A stretch of 64,000 nt of DNA from the IMG/VR virus record IMGVR_UViG_3300025732_000016. One strand, written 5' to 3'. The notes under the pieces are model-generated. The model did not search any database, was not told where the DNA came from, and saw nothing but the letters and a program-made list of their open reading frames with translations. Positions 61,918 through 64,000 of the stretch are shown in pieces (within the stretch, counting starts at the first letter, position 1; each line of letters begins with the position of its first letter). Position numbers and translations under genes: made by a program. The stretch is from a virus. Its lineage: Duplodnaviria; Caudoviricetes.

Positions 61918-62642
61918 AGGATTCCTCCCTCATCGCTAACGATGTCCTTATAGTGTCTGCGAATCACCGCCATCGCTAAAGAAAGCTGCTTTTGATTTAC
62001 ACTCGCTATTTCCCTGACGTAGAGAAAGACTGCTCTCTTGCTGAGCAGGTCGATCTCATCAGCGTTCTGGAAGACCATCCTCAGCGCAGTCATGGTTGAC
62101 TTTTCGTGCTCCTCTGTCAGTCTCTTCTCGATCTTATCAAGAACTTTCAAGATCAAGTCCTTTCGACCAGCGTCGATTAGAATGTCATCAGGAGACTGTA
62201 TAATGCTGTGGTTCGATATGGTTCGCCTGTCGGCTTGAGAGAGCCTCGTTACGTCCTCGATCGAAACGCTTCTGATTCCGTCCTTCGTCCTCTTCTTTGA
62301 GTGTATGATCAGCCAGTTCCTGGCGACAACGTTGAAGTAAGAGAAAGCTTTCGTGCCTCGACTGGGGTCGAACTTGTGCATGTTCTCATACAGAAAGCAG
62401 ACGCAGTCAGACTTGACTTCGTGAACGCTGTCTGCTCCCTTTGCAAAACCGTAAATGTATATGAGATTCTCAACGAGCTTGTTGAAAGCCGGCATAATCT
62501 CGTCAACGTAGATCTTCTCTTTCGTCTTGGAGTCTTCCTCAGAACGGTACTTGACCATCGAGTCTTGCACTTCAGGTCCAAAATAAAGCTGCTTTGGCTC
62601 AGCCTGCTTGGATGAAGAGACTGTTCTCTTTCTACCCCTCAT
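61914..62642 (-). CDS. Phage late sigma factor (T4 gp55-like)
   Basis: YFGPE...IMPAFNKLVENLIYIYGF...DCVCFLYENMHKFDPSRGTKAFSYFNVVARNWLI resembles sigma domain 2. Start at 62642 chosen from the GGAGGAG SD. Confidence 0.65.
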   Translation of the reverse strand: MRGRKRTVSSSKQAEPKQLYFGPEVQDSMVKYRSEEDSKTKEKIYVDEIMPAFNKLVENLIYIYGFAKGADSVHEVKSDCVCFLYENMHKFDPSRGTKAFSYFNVVARNWLIIHSKKRTKDGIRSVSIEDVTRLSQADRRTISNHSIIQSPDDILIDAGRKDLILKVLDKIEKRLTEEHEKSTMTALRMVFQNADEIDLLSKRAVFLYVREIASVNQKQLSLAMAVIRRHYKDIVSDEGGIL

Positions 62643-62925
62643 CAGTCTCCTCCTCAATGTTAGCTATACTTCCCGCGACGCGCAGGATGGCTTCTCTGCA
62701 ACCTTTCACGTCATCAACGACTCTCTTGATCTCTGGTGAATCAAAGAAGATCGGGATCTCAAGGACTTTTGAGATAGAGCGATACCGCTCATCGAGTATC
62801 TCGAGAGCGGCCTCAATCTCATCTTCAACTTTCAAGATGATCTTCGAGAACTTCCAGAGGTAGTAAGTAGCAAAACCAAGAGCAGCCGTCTCAACGATTA
62901 GGAGCGCAGAAAGGAAGTACATCAC
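62632..62925 (-). CDS. Small protein with an N-terminal transmembrane helix and coiled coil
   Basis: YFLSALLIVETAALGFATYYLW is hydrophobic; GGAG SD. Confidence 0.7.
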   Translation of the reverse strand: MMYFLSALLIVETAALGFATYYLWKFSKIILKVEDEIEAALEILDERYRSISKVLEIPIFFDSPEIKRVVDDVKGCREAILRVAGSIANIEEETDEG

Positions 62926-64000
62926 AGCAAGTCTCCAAGCTCTTTATCATATCGAGCTGAGACTGCTTCGAATGAATACTCATCCCTAATCCGCTTACCA
63001 AGCTCAGTCGCCCACTGTTTCGGAACGACCCGGGATTCAACGAACTTCTTGGCCCTCTTCTTGAAATCTTCCTCCTTCGGCTGCGCCCACCTCGCTCCCT
63101 TGACAAAGATTTCGTTGTCGACCCTGCTCTCAGGAATCTCAGAGAGCGTGTAATCGACTCCAATGTGCTTGCCGAGCCTCATGAAGTCCATGTGACCCGA
63201 CCAATCAGTGCAAATGATAGGGAGATCACACGCAGCAGCCTCAAGAATCGGAAGCCCATAACCCTCTCCCTTTGTCAATGTAAGAAGAGCGTTGATCTTC
63301 TTTGACTTGTAGAGAGAGATGATCTCTTTCGTTGTCATTTCTCCGTTGAGTAAGTGGACTCTTGGGAAGAGACCTTTTCTCACTTCACTCACCAGCGTCT
63401 TGAAGATGTTGGTGAGTTGAGCTCTGTGAATCGAACAGTTAGTTCCCAAGTTAGACTTGATCACAAGAGAGACGTCCTTCCTGTCCTTGAACTCCTCGCA
63501 GAACCACTTCACGGCGTAAAAGATGTTCTTCCTATCAATCTCGGGTCTCATGCCAGTGAGCTGCCCGACCATCAAGAAGTTGGTCATTGTCTCAATTTCT
63601 GGTAGTTCCAACCCATCATTCACAGTGAAGACCTCGTCTGGAAAAGACTCAGGAACGACTCTTGTATCAACACTAAGATTGCCACTCTTCTGAAGAACTT
63701 CCTTGCAGAAAGAAGATGGGACTACGACTCTCTCCATCCTATTGCACGCTTCTACCCACGCTGGATTGCACTTGTCTGTTTCAACGATCGCAGACATTCC
63801 TACGTTAATGGCGCCCTCAACCCTTTGCCACTCATTCGGAAGTTGCAAGGAGATGATAACATCTGGCTGTCTCTGCGGAGACCCCGTCTTTTTCATGATC
63901 TCACTAATCAGTCCATCCTCCGCTTCTGGATTCACATGCCAGCTTGTAATACCCCAGGGCAGAAGATCAACAGTGAGATCAACGTTCTTCGAGTTTAGCC
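62922..64000 (-). CDS. Glycosyltransferase family 4 (GT-B), 5' end beyond the right edge
   Basis: FLMVGQ...RKNI...KGEGYGLPILEAAACDLPIICTDWSG (Ex7E motif). The frame stays open from 63935 to the window edge (LNSKNVDLTVDLLPWG...). Confidence 0.85.
   Translation of the reverse strand, partial: LNSKNVDLTVDLLPWGITSWHVNPEAEDGLISEIMKKTGSPQRQPDVIISLQLPNEWQRVEGAINVGMSAIVETDKCNPAWVEACNRMERVVVPSSFCKEVLQKSGNLSVDTRVVPESFPDEVFTVNDGLELPEIETMTNFLMVGQLTGMRPEIDRKNIFYAVKWFCEEFKDRKDVSLVIKSNLGTNCSIHRAQLTNIFKTLVSEVRKGLFPRVHLLNGEMTTKEIISLYKSKKINALLTLTKGEGYGLPILEAAACDLPIICTDWSGHMDFMRLGKHIGVDYTLSEIPESRVDNEIFVKGARWAQPKEEDFKKRAKKFVESRVVPKQWATELGKRIRDEYSFEAVSARYDKELGDLL

Noticed and set aside
149-63605. Numerous plus-strand ORFs in the track (e.g. 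497-1036, 10061-10672, 21332-22039, 30959-31867)
   Set aside because: They are antisense shadows of codon-biased minus-strand genes. They lack SDs and recognisable motifs and lie fully inside well-supported genes.
1-64000. Stop-codon reassignment, as in some jumbo phages
   Set aside because: Genes are full length under code 11, and TAA, TGA and TAG all end genes at expected positions (e.g. TAG ends sbcCD at 29456).
1-64000. tRNA, rRNA or other large ncRNA genes
   Set aside because: The largest intergenic gap is about 150 bp and is explained by a terminator, promoter motif and leader; no cloverleaf was seen.

Overview
The window is the virion-morphogenesis region of a large T4-like (contractile-tailed, probably jumbo) bacteriophage. 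All supportable genes are on the minus strand, densely packed and intact under genetic code 11. Read in the direction of transcription (right to left): GT4 glycosyltransferase (cut by the edge), small membrane protein, gp55-like late sigma factor, candidate small terminase, a ~27 kb lower-GC baseplate block (gp5-like, gp25, gp6, DNRLRE-, LamG- and gpI-like domains), RuvC-like resolvase, primase, fused SbcD-SbcC (gp47-gp46), large terminase, portal, prohead protease, small putative internal head proteins, scaffold, major capsid protein, a putative decoration protein, a ParB/Srx-fold protein, neck gp13/gp14/gp15-like genes, two tandem tail sheath genes, tail tube, a gp26/gp51-like chaperone pair, and a tape measure gene of at least 1732 codons. 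The tape measure gene is missing from the ORF track because it runs off the left edge. Most interesting: (1) a recurrent ATA[C/G]NTA late-promoter-like motif before 13-14 genes, with two leaderless cases that suggest the start site; (2) a probable +1 frameshift at UUC-UUU-UGG joining the chaperone ORFs; (3) a ParB/Srx-fold protein carrying scaffold-like terminal motifs, suggesting a packaged and injected enzyme; (4) two full sheath paralogues; (5) tail-collar (DUF3751-like) domains apparently split over separate genes, twice; (6) a structured 5' leader that could occlude the RBS of the decoration gene. All family calls come from motif recognition by eye; no database search was run.
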